A stretch of 61,559 bases of DNA, the filler included, from Sphacelaria rigidula (Eukaryota): NCBI GenBank assembly GCA_964200075.2. It is 11 parts of 11 records of this genome, joined end to end, with 100 filler letters (N's around TTAATTAATTAA, not from the genome) between each part and the next. Parts side by side here need not be neighbours in the genome. Positions count along the whole stretch, not along the records: positions 22,425 to 27,929 come from CAXNAA020026772.1; positions 28,030 to 33,534 come from CAXNAA020026773.1; positions 33,635 to 39,139 come from CAXNAA020026774.1; 8 more parts are not named here. The stretch is one strand, 5' to 3'. The number at the start of each line of letters is the position of its first letter. Positions within the stretch are counted from its first letter, which is position 1. The notes beneath the pieces were generated by a model, which searched no databases, was not told the origin of the DNA, and was given only the letters and a program-made list of their open reading frames with translations. The position numbers were made by a program, and so were the translations under genes. Shown here one piece after another: positions 22,325 through 35,791 of this stretch.

Positions 22325-24504
22325 NNNNNNNNNNNNNNNNNNNNNNNNNNNNNNNNNNNNNNNNNNNNTTAATTAATTAANNNNNNNNNNNNNNNNNNNN
22401 NNNNNNNNNNNNNNNNNNNNNNNNAGGCGAGACGTCCGTTTCCGCTCGGCCATATCTCTCGAGTAACATGTTTTTATCCTGTTTTTTTTCGAGGCCGGGG
22501 TGCCAATGCCCGCCCCGAATGATGTGCGTGAAAATTTCGGAGCGAAAACGGTCAAAATGGCGTGTTTGGCTGTTTTCGCGTCCCTGGCCATTTTTCGTAC
22601 CTTTCTTGGGCAAAAAACGAATACCTTTTCTAGACCATTACTCGTGAATAGTTTTTTTCCTTTCTGTTTTTTAGACTGACCGCAGCAACCTCATAAATAT
22701 TTGTACCAAAGGAGAAGATCTGAGACGTCTACGGTCGCGAGAAGTCAACTGCTGCGTAAAGTGTACCGTAATTGAAACAGGGGGTGTTTTTGCACCATTT
22801 TTAACGTCAATAGAGCCATACTCCACATCTACTCCTGCGACTTGGTTTGATTATTTTTCAATTTTGAGAAGCTTAGGTGATAAAATATTAAACTACCCCT
22901 CTCCGGATATTCTGGGCGTTGTTCTACGTGTCGTGGTGTCCACGAACCAGAGTTTATCCCGTCAGGTGCCTTGAGCGTGCCTTAATTGGTACGTTTACCT
23001 CTAGGGGAAAACCAATTGCGATGGAATACATGAGTGATCATCTACCTAAACTGAGGTGGTGGGGTTTCGAAGACCGCTCAACTCGCGCTCAAAGCCGGCG
23101 ACGCGTTTCTCCCCCGTAAAAAAAGGTAGAGAGGAAGAAAGAAAAAACACTGCAGCTCTTCAACGTACGGAGTGCATTCTGGAAGAAAAGCCCCTTCGAC
23201 CACGACCGTGTGTGAGCCCATCTGAAGATCTTGAGAGCTCCCGGTCGGACGGGTAGGTGGAGGATCATGCTTCTCATTTTTTGGCATCATGATTTGTTGT
23301 TTTTAGATATAATCTCGCGCATCTGCTTCCCTGATGAACGAGATTATTCAAAAATGATTTTGTTCCGTAGAACACAGTGGGCCGTAGACACCTTCACTTC
23401 GACTCCGTGCCAGGACAGCACGGTATACTTTGTATCCACGCGGTAAAAAAGGTTTTGCGCGATACCGTCCACGATGTAACCAAACGAGAAAACGCCCAGT
23501 CGGGCACGCACGGAAGTGAAGAATAACAGATGGAAAGGCTGTTGTGGCGGCACGTTCCTTGTGGTCAAATTCCATCGAAATCGGATATCGCGCCAGAACT
23601 CCGATTATGTCAGGAACAGTCAGTCCCCCACAACATGGCAGATTTGGTGCCAGAGTCCCTATGCATCGATCATGTGCAGTATTTCGCTCCATGGGCGCTT
23701 GGAAAACGTTGCGGAAACCGAGATTTGCTCCCCTGGATACCCTACTTTTGAGTGCATTTAACTGCCTCCAACAAACCAGAGTGTGTGCCAAGGGCGCGAT
23801 GGAGAGGTGAAGGCGTGAGTTTTCCAGGGATATCATCGAGTTCTTCCGTCGTGCTCTCTGCAGCTACAAGTCTCTCCTGCTGCGAACTACGACCTACAAT
23901 CTGTTGTCAGCAAGTAACTCTAAGACCGAAATACCGGCCACCGACCCGCATGGAAACTGTCTACAGCCTGGATCGTACTAAGCGGTCTGTCGCCTGGATC
24001 ATGTACAAAAAAGTAGAGCAATGATCCAGGGCGCGACGCACGGGTGAGCTCATGGACGTTCCAGGGATACCATTAATTTCATCTGTGATGCTGTGTGTGC
24101 CGAACAATCCATGGGAGAGAAGTCCTGTGCTGCAAATGACGCCAACGTTTTTGTTCTCTGTCAGCACACACCCACATTTCCTGACAGACACTGAGTACTG
24201 CAGGCAATCATGGAGCTATATGTGCGAGAGCAGTAATGCTTTCGATAGAACAGGGGACGGCTACTTATACTCTCGGGGATATAGAGGGTATGAGGCATAT
24301 GTATTACGACCGAGCGGTCCGTTACCACGCAGCATATGGTGCATCGCAGAGTTTGGTGACGCGCTTTGAAGGCGACTATGGAGGTATATTAGAGCATGAT
24401 GGACTGGGGTGAACGTTCCAGGGTGCTCCACCCATACATACTCGGGAGCTCTTGACTACTCCACACGCGCTCCTTCTCTCTGTCTGTCTCTGTATCTGTC
24501 TTTC

Positions 24505-24699
24505 TTTACCATCGCGAGAGGGGTTCAGCAGTCTCTTTCCCTCGTCGACCATTTAGTCGAACTTTGTGTACCCACGACGTAGTCGCTTTCTACTGTTGGG
24601 CATTGTGCGAGAAAAAGACCAATATCGTTCCGAGATTTGAACGTACGACTCAACCGTCAGGAGGTTTCGAGGGTGCCAAGTCAGCCACCGGGGCGACCC
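24505..24699 (-). mobile_element. SINE family A copy
   Basis: Matches 6510-6709, ends GCCACCGGGGCGACC. Confidence 0.75.
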
Positions 24700-26559
24700 A
24701 CCAAGTACACTCTGAAAGGGTGTCAGTTGGAAAGCAGGGCAGCATCGTCGCCGCTGCTAGAACAACTGCTGTGAATGTTAGATCGCTAGAACACAACTCC
24801 AGAGCAACACTTCCCTTTCCGATCAAAGATTTTGGCGCCGTTACGCCCTTAGGTTTATGGTTCACGCGCACTATTCGCTTGCTGAAAAAATGTGGAACTA
24901 GCATTGCTGTAAATATAGTTTTTTTTTAACTTCGCAAAAAAGTGCCGGGAGCTAAAATAAGTGTGTTGTAAAAATGCTCCATGCCTGCTGAAGACCGCAA
25001 ATGTTGTGAAAGAAGTACAGCGGCGGAAACCAATCGATTGTGAGACACGCTTCGGTTCTATCGTTCGTGGGGACCCGTACCAATAAAAGCTTGCACCAAG
25101 AGGCTTCCGAAGCAGACCTGTTTTTTTTGTTTTTTGCTGGGGTCATCATGGGCACAGAAGCAGTAGACAACATATCGCTGAAAAATAAAGGCAAAGTGAT
25201 TTGCAGTATTGTCGACGCCAACGAAAAAGGTGCAGGTAATGTATCAACCTCGGGAAGAAAGAAGCCTGTGAGGACAGCTGTCGTTCCATCCCTGACTCGT
25301 GCTGTAAATCGTCATCCCGCTGTCTACAAAAACCGAGGAAAATTGAGAGTCGGTTTAGCTTGAACATTATCTATTCCCCCCTGCTGTCTACACAGGGGCA
25401 ATCTCTGCTGAAGAGCTGCTACAACGCGATTAACCCACAATTCGGTAGGTAGGATGGTGGTATAACACGCATGGAAAGCAAAACATGACACCTTGCGTAT
25501 GTTGCGTAACGGCAAGAGTCTCCGCAAAAGAGGATAAATAGCAGGACGTACCTCCGCCTCCTTTTTCGTTTAGCTTCGGTCGAACGCCGACCCTCTTTTG
25601 AATTTGTGAATCGCGCTCATTCTTCCCCTTCAGTTTGTTCTAGTGGGTTTCGAATATAAGGGCAAGACATATCGACAGCTTCTACGCCTATGTAAAAATA
25701 TAAGCGTGCATGCAAATGGACCGATCAAGTCACTGATCAGCTCTCGCACTTCAACTGAAAACTGAGTCGCCACGAATCCAGTCGTACCCGATGAAGATGA
25801 ACGCAAATATTCCCCGAAAGAAAGTGGAGGAAAGAGGGGGGAAATAAAAACGATGAAGGACAGCAAATCGAGTGAGCTGAGAAAGTGCAAGCAACACGGG
25901 GGCAAAGAAAACTAGGGACACGTCAGGCTAAGAACTAATACCGATATATATGAAAGAGTTTCGGCGGCTGTCGCCGCCATGCTCGGTAGATCGACAGGCA
26001 ACATACATGGGCACCGGTGTTGATACTCATATTCGTTGCGTAATGGTACATGGCACAGTTTGGCAAAGCTGTAGTAGCAGCTAGCTCATGAGCTGAGCAC
26101 GTTGTTCGAGGCCTTGCGCAAAGCTTTTTATAATTACATGAGAGACGATGATTTGGGCGAGACGCGCGTTCACCACAAAGAAAAAGGGTCAGCACCCGTT
26201 GAGCTGATGCCGTATTTAAATTCGAAAAAGAAGGGCTTGTTTTTACCTCCGCCTGGAGCGTTCAGTGGAGAAGGACGGCACGCTGCTGTTTCATATCTTT
26301 CTCGATTGATCATGATGCCGATTCCAAAAATGAAAAGATTTGCCTCGTTTCTAGCCAGAAGAGGAACAACATAGGTGTCCCGATGACAGAGGCTCACGCA
26401 AAGGCTTGACACATGACAATCAACCCAGCACAATCAGAGGTGAACGCGGGGAACTTCTTGCCCCCGCAAACCGAAAGCACAGCTTGATTGAACGGGATTT
26501 CCTTGCCCCCGCAAACCAAAAACACACAGGTTGTCGACTTTTATCAAACCCCATAATAT

Positions 26560-26686
26560 AGTCGCTCGCCACTGTTGGGCATAGTGTGAGATAAAATCCC
26601 AGATCGTGTGACTGCACTGAGATTCGAACCCACGACCCAACCGTTGGCTTCGAGGTTACCAACTGAGCCACCGCGGCAACCAGGTG
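26560..26686 (-). mobile_element. SINE family A copy, partial
   Basis: CCACTGTTGGGCATAGTGTGAG...GAGATTCGAACCCACGACCCAACCG...GGTTACCAACTGAGCCACCG. Confidence 0.75.
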
Positions 26687-26756
26687 CCGACTCAAATCTG
26701 AAATAGAAGCCATCGTTTTTAGCGTCTCATGATAAACTATTTGTATGTACGGTAGC

Positions 26757-26785
26757 GCAGCAGCAGCAGCAGCAGCAGCAGCAGC
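26757..26785. repeat. (GCA)n microsatellite
   Basis: About 9 perfect units. Confidence 0.95.
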
Positions 26786-29499
26786 CACAAAATCAGTTCA
26801 GAGACAGTAAAAGGGGAGTACAGTCGAGACGATGCGACATGCGGGAAGGTCACAACATGCTCCCGGTGTGCCCCGAGATTGAACGGAGAGTCGTTCCGCA
26901 CAGCCGATACAACTGAGCATGGTGCCGATTCAGTTTTCAAGTGACAACGATACCGGTTCCACGAATAAATGTGGGGCCTGTGTACGGTGAGAGGTAGCAT
27001 CTCCGACGGTCAAAGGGTCCACCGTCCAACGAGGAAATGCATCAAACGTCAAAATGCCAAGGAGAACAGAGCGCGGAAAGCGTATGCACTCCAAACTTAC
27101 GCAAAGCGGAAACGCACCCTAATGCCCAACGAAATGCAACCGAAGAGGCTGATACGTATATCCAGCGAAAATATGTACTCCAAAATCAAGTAAAGAAGAA
27201 ATGCTGTCTTCTCAGAGGTTCATAGAACAAAATGGCCCCGAAAAAATATGTACTCTAAAATCAAGTGAAGAGCACAGCAAAAGTGCACCTGTCTGCAGCG
27301 CTCGAAAATGAGTCGAAATGTAACTCCTAGGTATTGTACAAGGTTTTTTGCGCTTCGCGCCACCGCTCAATGGAGCGTTTCCCAAGGCAAAGGGTGATGA
27401 GGAGTGTTGCTACCGGCATCAGCCGTCGCCCATATAGAGAAGTGCTGAGAGGCGAAGATATGAGTCAGATATAACTATTGTGACACAAAGATATTATTCA
27501 GAGATAACTCGTTCTCCATTTTTTGCCTCTTTGGACTTGCAGACATCGTCGGCGACGATAAAACCCGACCAAAAAAGAATCGAAACGAAGCAGAAGACAC
27601 TGATCCTGCACAACGAAAAAGATAACCGTGAAGCTCCACCCGTTCTCTGTCCGAGAAATCTACGCGAAATGAAGTATTTAACCCTCAAAAAACCACAAAC
27701 CCCGAACGGAAATGAAGGATCGAGACGAGGCAGCAGACACTAATCGTACAGAACCAAAGCCAATCTTCACCCACCCTCCGTCTGAGTTATCTGCCCAAAA
27801 TGAGCTCATTCTAACCTTCGAACATAGACAAAACTCGACCGAAAATAAAGAATCTTGGCGACGCAGAAGACACTATAGTAGTCAGCGTCAGAAGTTTTCA
27901 GAATTCGTAGTCGTCCTTTTTTCTGAGTTNNNNNNNNNNNNNNNNNNNNNNNNNNNNNNNNNNNNNNNNNNNNTTAATTAATTAANNNNNNNNNNNNNNN
28001 NNNNNNNNNNNNNNNNNNNNNNNNNNNNNTCAACTGCTGCGGTCATTTGGGGGGGAATATGGCTTCGCTGGGTCGCTAGTGTTTCGCGTCTTCCCTGCAA
28101 GAGAGAAATGCCACTTCAACTCCATTTTAGAGATCAACCCCAAAATTTAAAATCGGCTGTTAAATTGGAGATAGATCTTATATCGGGGATGTAAACCCGG
28201 AAAATTAAAATATTCAAATCCACACCAAATCCTCGAAGTATGCTTCCATTCCTTCACTTACTTGTAGCTATCGACAACTACTACACGCCATACAAATTTG
28301 GGTTTCTGTCATGAAGACGCATATTAGCGTGATCGTCATGCCGCTTCAGACCCGTTGTCGAGTCTGGCTATTTGCTTTGTTGCGGTAGCCAAGACTACAG
28401 GTCTGTTCAGAGTTGGTCGGGTACGAATGTGAACCTGTATAATTACAGGGATGATACTGACTTTGGTCGCCAACCACGAACAAAGCTCCCATCATCGAAC
28501 ACTACCAACCCCTGCTCCCCTACTGCTTTTCAGCAAAAGAAGTCTAACCACCGGTGAGACGTATTGGCTGGTTTGGGTTGGATTGATAGACTGGGTACTG
28601 GAGTTAGAATCAAGGCAATCAAGAAGAAGTTAAAAGGACCACTGTGTGAACTATTTGTCTGATATTCGGACGCTGAGCGTGTGTGCGGCTTTTACGAGCT
28701 ATAGCAGCCTGTCGGTTGTTTGCTCGCCTCGTAAGCTTGTGCCCTGGGTTGCAAACTGCGTCCCTGCAATTTACTACCGCCTGCTCTTCATTACATTGGC
28801 GCCGACGGTAGGACTTCTTCTTTAGCTATTGCGTTTCCTTCTTGATACCGATTTGTATCCCTGCTGCCCAGCTGCGTAACCCCAGCTTTGCGATCATTTT
28901 GCCTCCTTCCGTTTCCTTCGGGACAGTTATAGTCGAATCTATCGCTTCCGATAGTCAGTAGCTTCTAAAGCTTCTGCCCCGTGTGTCCCTTGGTAAAGAG
29001 TATTCGTGCCCTGCTACTTGCAACTTGCTGTAGCGCTTGACTGCACATCTTGTGCTACGTGGGGTCAACACGCACTGCTTGCTACTTTTGCCGTGCTGTC
29101 AATTTGGACATTGCCTGCACACGGTTGAACGGCATCAGCTCCGACTGCACGTCGTGAATCTCTTGGTGATTCATTCAGTCAGGCAAGATCAACACGCCAA
29201 ACCATCGTTGGCTCGTGTATTTGGTCTTGTTGCCCCCCCCTTTCCTTCTGCTGAAGAAGTCTTCTACTACAGGTTTGTACAGAACACCAGTGCACAAAGG
29301 CGCACTGTTGTTCATAGCCAGCTGCTGTCCCTGACCTGAGCTCCTGCCAACTCAGCACGCTGCTGCTCATATTTTTCAGTATCGATTTTTCGCGACTGTT
29401 GTATCTTTCCTTCACGAAATTACTGAACAAGTACAGCCTGTGCTCCCATATTGTGACAAGGGACATCTGTACACGGAATTTGGACCCGTTCCGGCCCTT

Positions 29500-29615
29500 T
29501 AACTTCGTTGCTTGTAGCTACTTTGTTGCTGTTGTAGCTTCAACTTCGTTGCTTGTAGCTACTTTGTTGTTGTTGTAGCTTTAGCTTCGTTGCTTGTGGC
29601 TACTTTGTTGTAGTT
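29500..29615. repeat. ~41-bp tandem repeat, three copies
   Basis: AACTTCGTTGCTTGTAGCTACTTTGTTG(C/T)TGTTGTAGCTT repeated. Confidence 0.9.
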
Positions 29616-30095
29616 GTTCTCTTCTGTACTTTGCACAACCGTAAGGCAACGCGGTACATCACCGTGGTAAGTAGCAATACACAGCACGACGTACTTTGAG
29701 TTTTTCTCCTTTGACCCCCTCTCGATCGAACAAATGTATTATCCCGAGACGGTTTCGTTGCGATAACACTCGTTGAAATTTTTTAAATCTACGTTACGTG
29801 CTCATTTGAACAGACAGCACTCGAAACCAGTGCCCCTTGCCTGTGCACTACAATTTTTCGATACCCGCTCTCAGCGTCGCCCCTGTTGTGCACCACCTCA
29901 CCCTTGTTCCACATACATACATCGCCTCAACTCTGTTGGGTAACAAGTCTTCGCTCCGCACTGCGCAGTCCGATTTCGCGGTCTACAACCCAAGCATTGT
30001 AAAAGCTTTTTGTGCTGCCTCACGCTGCACAATTTTCATGCCCATCTGAAAAAAATAATTATTTTCATTTACACACCGCCAGCCGTCCCTCAGCT

Positions 30096-30412
30096 TGTGT
30101 CGGGATGATACAGTTATAGTCTGCCCGTGACGCTACACCCGGAACACGTGTAAGTTATGTGATTTCCACGTACCAACCCTGCTACAGACGATCGGGTCTT
30201 CGCTTTTCTTCGACGATATACGTCTGTTCTGTGCACGATTCCGAGCTCCGCTGATAGCTATTATCGCCACAACTTGAATAAAGTTGTATTAACCAGACCC
30301 CGGACATAGTTGTTACATACAGCAATTCGCTTGAATAACATACTCGAGTAAATCAGGTCCCACGATCCCCTCAGGCGCTGTTAGGCTTCATTATCCACTA
30401 TTTCCGGATACA
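30096..30412. mobile_element. Probable solo LTR (317 bp)
   Basis: AGCT|TGTGTCGGGA...TCCGGATACA|AGCT: TG..CA ends, imperfect terminal inverted repeat, 4-bp duplication, internal AATAAA. Confidence 0.55.
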
Positions 30413-30616
30413 AGCTTCAGCTTTTGCACGTAGCATCTCTTGGTGCCACGCTCCTTCGGTTAGAGCCCGCAGACCAGACACACTGCACCTGTATTTTTAG
30501 AAACAAAGGCTGCGTACGATTATCATGTCGCACAGAAATAACGCTGTCTCTTCCCCGCAATTGGGGAACCAATCGCTTCGTCGAACCCGGAGTCAAACTA
30601 CTGGCGGTTAAGATGA

Positions 30617-33398
30617 GTGGCACGTCACCTTCAACTCATCGCCGCACGTATGCGAGCGCTTCGATCTTCGGGATCCGAAGACCAACGTTCGAGCGAAGCT
30701 CGTTCTTCAAGGCTCGAAGACAAGACTTCGACGCCGAGACCTGTTCTCTCACGTTCTGACCCGGACTCAGAGAACATGGTAGTGCAACCGGCCGATTCAT
30801 TGGTTTTTGACGAACATGTCAGTGAACCCATAACGGTGGATTCCGTTGCACCCCCCTCGCTGCGTTCTGTTCTTCCAAATCCCAATATGGAACCCGAAGT
30901 CAGAATTGTGCCCGCAGCTGAGTCATTGCCCCTGGACCCACGTGTCCAGCTTGGCCCTGTAACGGTTGCTTCAACCGTGGCACCTCGTCGCTTGACGGCT
31001 GACAACTCTCGAAACGATTCTGTCCCGACGAAGTCCATCGCTTCTGGAGCAAGAGACTTTGTCACACGGGCTGCTTCCGTTACGGGTCCCTTTCGCACGA
31101 CTCTCGATAGTCCCGTGTGCCCTACTGCGCAGTCCAATGTCGGACCGGCAGTTGCGGCCATGCATGCTGCCATGCAAACTCTGCATCGCACCTCATTGGC
31201 GTCGTCGCCATCGCCAGCGCCAGCTCTCATCGAGGCATTTACGGCTTTTTGCCACGCCACGCTCCAAGGTCAATCGGCATCTGCTCATGTGCAATTCAAT
31301 GATGATTCTGCACCTGCCACGCCCAAACCCGTACATCTGGCGCCCCGTTCGGCGACATCGCGCTCTCCGTTCGTCACTCATGACAAATTCAACGAACATG
31401 ACTCCAGCCCTTCCTCAACGTCGCAGCAGAGCCTTACTCATGCTTCTGACCGGCGGCGCACACCGAGACTTAGTCACGACCACGTCTCCCGTTCTGGCAG
31501 TTCTAAGGGCAACTCCCAGCAAAGCTTGAATTCATCGCGCGTTTCTACACGCCCGAAGAACGTCACTCATGGCGCGTTTCTACACTTACGACGGTAGTTC
31601 ACGTCACAGTTCCAACTCATCACGCGCTCCGAAGCGCCCGGTGAATGCTAACCGTGAACGTACTCACGAGGATGCCTTGCGGCACAGATCAAGTTCTTCG
31701 CGCGTTCACTCGCGCTCGAAAAACACCGATCATGCACCCTCGCGCATCTCTCCTGCTCCGCATCTGTTACACAGCCGTCATGTACGCAATGATAACACTG
31801 TACATGCTGATGATATCCGAAACATATTTTCGGACATGTCACCGGCTCCGGAATCCTCAATTGAAGGATCCGGCCGCACCTCATCGCAAAACCGACGACT
31901 ACGCACTGACCGCGAACCACCTTCCCGCTCCGATGCTGCGCTTATTCGTTCTCTTCAACAACGCTTGACAGAACTTGAGAGACAACTGTCTACCATAGAC
32001 TCCTCCACATCTGTTGCCGCCGCCACGAAGCCCACCCGCGCCCCTGGAGCTACTGCTGCCGCTACTGTGGCCGCTACGCCTTCAGCCGCCCTCGCGACGG
32101 CTCTCGCAGCCGCTGCCGCTCCAATTGCCGGGGCCAGAAGAAGAATCACAGGCGCGACGACGATGATAACGATGGAGATAATTCACGCCGCCGCCATGGC
32201 GGTGGGGGATCATCTTCGGGCGGTTCCGGACCGAACCGCCCGCCTCGCAAACCGCACCGAAAAAAACACGGAGGTAATTCTTCCGGTTCATCGGCACCCG
32301 ACTTGAACAAGTCTGGCACAGATATTCCCGCTTCGGGCTCGGCGACCCCCAGGCAAATGATTCCTAAGTTGGCTGATGTTTCGGCCCGGCTTTTAGGTTT
32401 GTCCGATACAGATACACCTGACCGCCCTTTGTCTTCTACTGCAGCCCGCGCACTAGCAACCACCGCGGCTGACAAAGAACGTTCCGAAGCTAGCAAAAAA
32501 GCAGCTTCCGATAGAGCTGAGTCTACCCGAGTAGCTGCAATACAGAGACAGTATATCCAGATGGATGTGAAAAAACTCTGGTACATCAAAACCATGCCTG
32601 CCGCGGATAACGAAGATTCGGGCCAGTTTACTTCTGCCCTCATCACGTCCATCCGCCGCACTGTTTATAACACCCGTCACTTGGCGGATGCGACTGGCAC
32701 CCACCGTTTCGAAGATCCCGACTGGGTAGAGGGCTGGCAGACTCCCTTGCACAAAGCAATGCATCGATCGATCAGCCGCCGCTCTCCCGACCTCGCTGCT
32801 TCTTTACCGCAGATTCTCGACGGCTTCCTCGCCGAGATGGACCCGGACAGTGCCAAGGGGAAGACAGGCCCAGTATCACTCTCTGATTTGGAGAGGCGTC
32901 TGATGGGTTACTTCGATAAAAGTGACCAGACCAGTGCCATCCAGAGGCTGAGTTCTTTTGTTGTCACCTCCGATGTCCCCTTCGCGGATTATCTCCGCGA
33001 ATTTAAGCTTTTGGTTTCGGGTACGACGGGTGTCGGACGCCAAAACGGACAGAGCGACGCAATGTGTCAGACTTATGTTCGCAATAGCATTGCTCAGCAG
33101 TATCCGGCTCTGATGCCGTCGTTGTTTCTGGGTGTTTCGGCGCATCGCGAGGTGCCTTACGCCTCCGTTGATACTATATGGTCTGCTTTTGTACACCAAG
33201 AGGGTAATCTAACGCCTGCCATACGTGGCAAACCTTCAACGTCTGTGCGTTCACAACCTACGGTTGTGTCCTCCGCTCATGCCCAAGGGGCTCGTGGCAG
33301 GAATTCGAGCTCGTCTCGCGCTTCATGGACCCCCGACTCAGTCGCCGGTTCAGTTATGCATGTTCAGGGTACCAAAGATTCATTTAGCGGGAGTTTTG
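30617..33398 (+). pseudogene. Gag-like ORF1 of a retrotransposon (DIRS/Ngaro-like or Ty3/Gypsy), frameshifted and 3'-interrupted
   Basis: Three overlapping long ORFs (326, 245, 370 aa): S/R/P-rich disordered N-terminus, short coiled coil (LIRSLQQRLTELERQL), then helical Gag-like segment FDKSDQTSAIQRLSSF...PFADYLREFKLLVS; no introns; cut by a MITE at 33399. Confidence 0.55.
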
Positions 33399-33534
33399 GA
33401 CACTTTCTACGATAGCCCCTCCCTAAAAAGTTCATGGTGTTGGGAGGCAAAATCTTCACATAAATCGAAATGGGAAAAGCCGAGCACAACGAGAAGCTTG
33501 GAGTTTCCACGCTTGGGTTCATTCTAGCCAATGT
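33399..33534. mobile_element. Partial TA-type MITE, same family as 52584-52833; further fragments ~16300-16718
   Basis: GACACTTTCTACGATAGCCCC terminus and AAATCGAAATGGGAAAAGCCGAGCACAACG body. Confidence 0.8.
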
Positions 33535-34669
33535 NNNNNNNNNNNNNNNNNNNNNNNNNNNNNNNNNNNNNNNNNNNNTTAATTAATTAANNNNNNNNNN
33601 NNNNNNNNNNNNNNNNNNNNNNNNNNNNNNNNNNCGAAATTTCGAGCAACAAATGCCCCAAAATACCCCCCCCTCTATCGTAGGATGACTCATGAATAAA
33701 AGCTCTCGAATATTCGGTCAGAGGGCACGCTGCTCTCGAAGGTCGCTGTACGGCCGCACGAAGCCTGCCTTTGTTGTGCATTCTGTTTTACGCAGCTCGT
33801 GCTGTTTGGTCCGAAGAGAATGTGCTCACTCATTTCCCGTTTAGCGAAACAGCCCACATCTGCTTGCGAGTACCACCTCCTTTGGCAAGAGACCGATTTC
33901 TTCGGGGTCTCTACTGTCTGTAGCTCTCTGCTTTGCGCATCGCGATATTGTTGAATCATGGTTTAACATATTTCGGTAGCTAATTCAGGGTTGCTCTCTC
34001 GAAATCTCGTACTCAAGGGGATAAGGTGGACATTTTTCATTGGGAATAGCCGGCTCGAAGTCATCAAGCATATTATGCCTCAAGGGGTAAAATATCGCGA
34101 CACGGACATCGCGTCATCGCTAGGTCTCTTGTGAGTGCCTGATATATTTCTTGTTGCGAGATGGCTAGGGCACAGCACAGCGACGGGACCTAGACTGCGC
34201 ACCAGCGGTTCGCGTTCACCAGGGACCTCTGAGGGTGGTCTCCAACATCTCACTCTCTGCGCGAAACGTAACTCACCTTGCAGATACCACACACATAATG
34301 AAGGTCCCTCCAATGAGGTTCTCTGGACCGAGGAGAATGTGCCGTAACTCTTCTTGTATTAACCTTTTATACCCGTCACTCATCCAACATCAACCGTGCA
34401 AACTCCACCCGAGCTGCGCACACGGGAAGGTAAAATAACGCTGTGTACTATATACCGTGGGCTGCACCTCAGTTCATCATGTACGCCTCAGATATCGACC
34501 TGGTGAACAAAATGTTGTTCACGTGGCACAGCTCGTTTTCACCTCGCACCATGGGATTCTCGACGAGCTCTTCAATTTTACGCAATCGCTTCCCCGCTAT
34601 GATGGTTTCGTTCGCTTCTACACTATGATGATTTCGCTCCTTCTGCGCACTATCGTGTGAAGAGAGTGA

Positions 34670-34886
34670 TGTAATGCGTGAAAGGACCGCGTGCTTAGAG
34701 GACCGCATCGGAATTTGAAAACCCCTATGTTTAGGGTTAGGGTTAGGGTTAGGGTTAGTGTCGGGGTTAGGGTCAGGGGCGTGGAACCTGCAGGGGCTGA
34801 CCTGATTGGTTTTGAAAAACGTCGATCCTGAGGTATTTTGAACTACGGCGCGGTCCTCTAAGCACGCGGTCCTCTCACGCATTACA
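34670..34886. mobile_element. MITE with ~37-bp TIRs and internal (TTAGGG)n
   Basis: TGTAATGCGTGAAAGGACCGCGTGCTTAGAGGACCGC ... GCGGTCCTCTAAGCACGCGGTCCTCTCACGCATTACA; TTAGGG units at ~34730-34775. Confidence 0.85.
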
Positions 34887-35240
34887 GTGAACCGGCAAAG
34901 CGCAGCACTGTGTGACATGCTGTTGAACGATGCTCACAACACTGACGAAACAGAGCCGAGGCATCTCACGGAGATTTCAAACTGTGGCAAAACTCCGGAG
35001 AAAAGCCAGTTGCTAATGCAAACCCTACTTTGGGGCGGTGCTTCCGGCCCAGCCAGAACAAGCGTAATGTTTTCGACCGCGTACGTGTTCGCATCCGTAA
35101 GCCCCTGCAGCAAATCAAGAGGGTGGGAGTCAGGCTACTGTGAGCATTACCAAGGATCGTTCGGGTCAGCGACGGCCGCGGCCTTACTACCATGCATGTC
35201 CTGGACACCATTGTTCTTGCCCTTGCGTTTGTCAGTATAG

Positions 35241-35450
35241 TGTAAGGCGTGAGAGGACCACGTGCTTAGAGGACCGCGTCATAGCCCGAAACACCTCAGG
35301 ATCGACGTTTTTCAAAACCAATCGAGCCAGTCCCTGTAGGGACCACGCCCCTGAATCTAATCCCAACACTAACCCTTACCCTAACCCTAACCATAGCGAT
35401 TTTCAAATTCAGATGCCGTCCTCTGAGCACGCGGTCCTCTCACGCATTGT
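35241..35450. mobile_element. Second copy of the TTAGGG-bearing MITE, opposite orientation
   Basis: Same TIRs; CCCTAA units at ~35356-35393; shared CCTCAGGATCGACGTTTTTCAAAACCAATC core. Confidence 0.85.
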
Positions 35451-35791
35451 AGGTAGCACTTGATGTGTCGCCCTGCTTGTCTCGGTTCCCCATGCACAGG
35501 GTGCTCCAGGCCTACCGAGAACGAATGGGTGACGGGCCATCCTGTCGATTGGTATCCGTTTGTTGTTCTAGATCGACACTTTTGGACGGAACGAAACTGC
35601 GATATTCTTGCGCACATGCAGAATATACATACAGATTATCACCGCCTTAGGGAGACTATTGCGAGTTCCTTTCCGAACAGTATCATCGTGGCTGATAGAG
35701 CTGCGGAATGTGAGGGGTGTCGTACTAGGCAAATAAGCAGTATCGCTCGTGACTGACGACGTTTGTTGTGACTGACGAGAAATGCTTGTGA

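Noticed and set aside
23100..26400. Several 90-160-aa ORFs in contig 5
   Set aside because: No recognisable domain or consistent splice structure; probably decayed sequence
28630..29470. Purine-rich minus strand resembling decayed coding sequence
   Set aside because: Multiple stops in all frames and no identifiable motif
33790..34420. Possible second degenerate hairpin (CGCAGCTCG, CAAGAGACC, TCGCGATATT inverted matches in nested order)
   Set aside because: Only 9-10-bp matches with inconsistent spacing; could be chance
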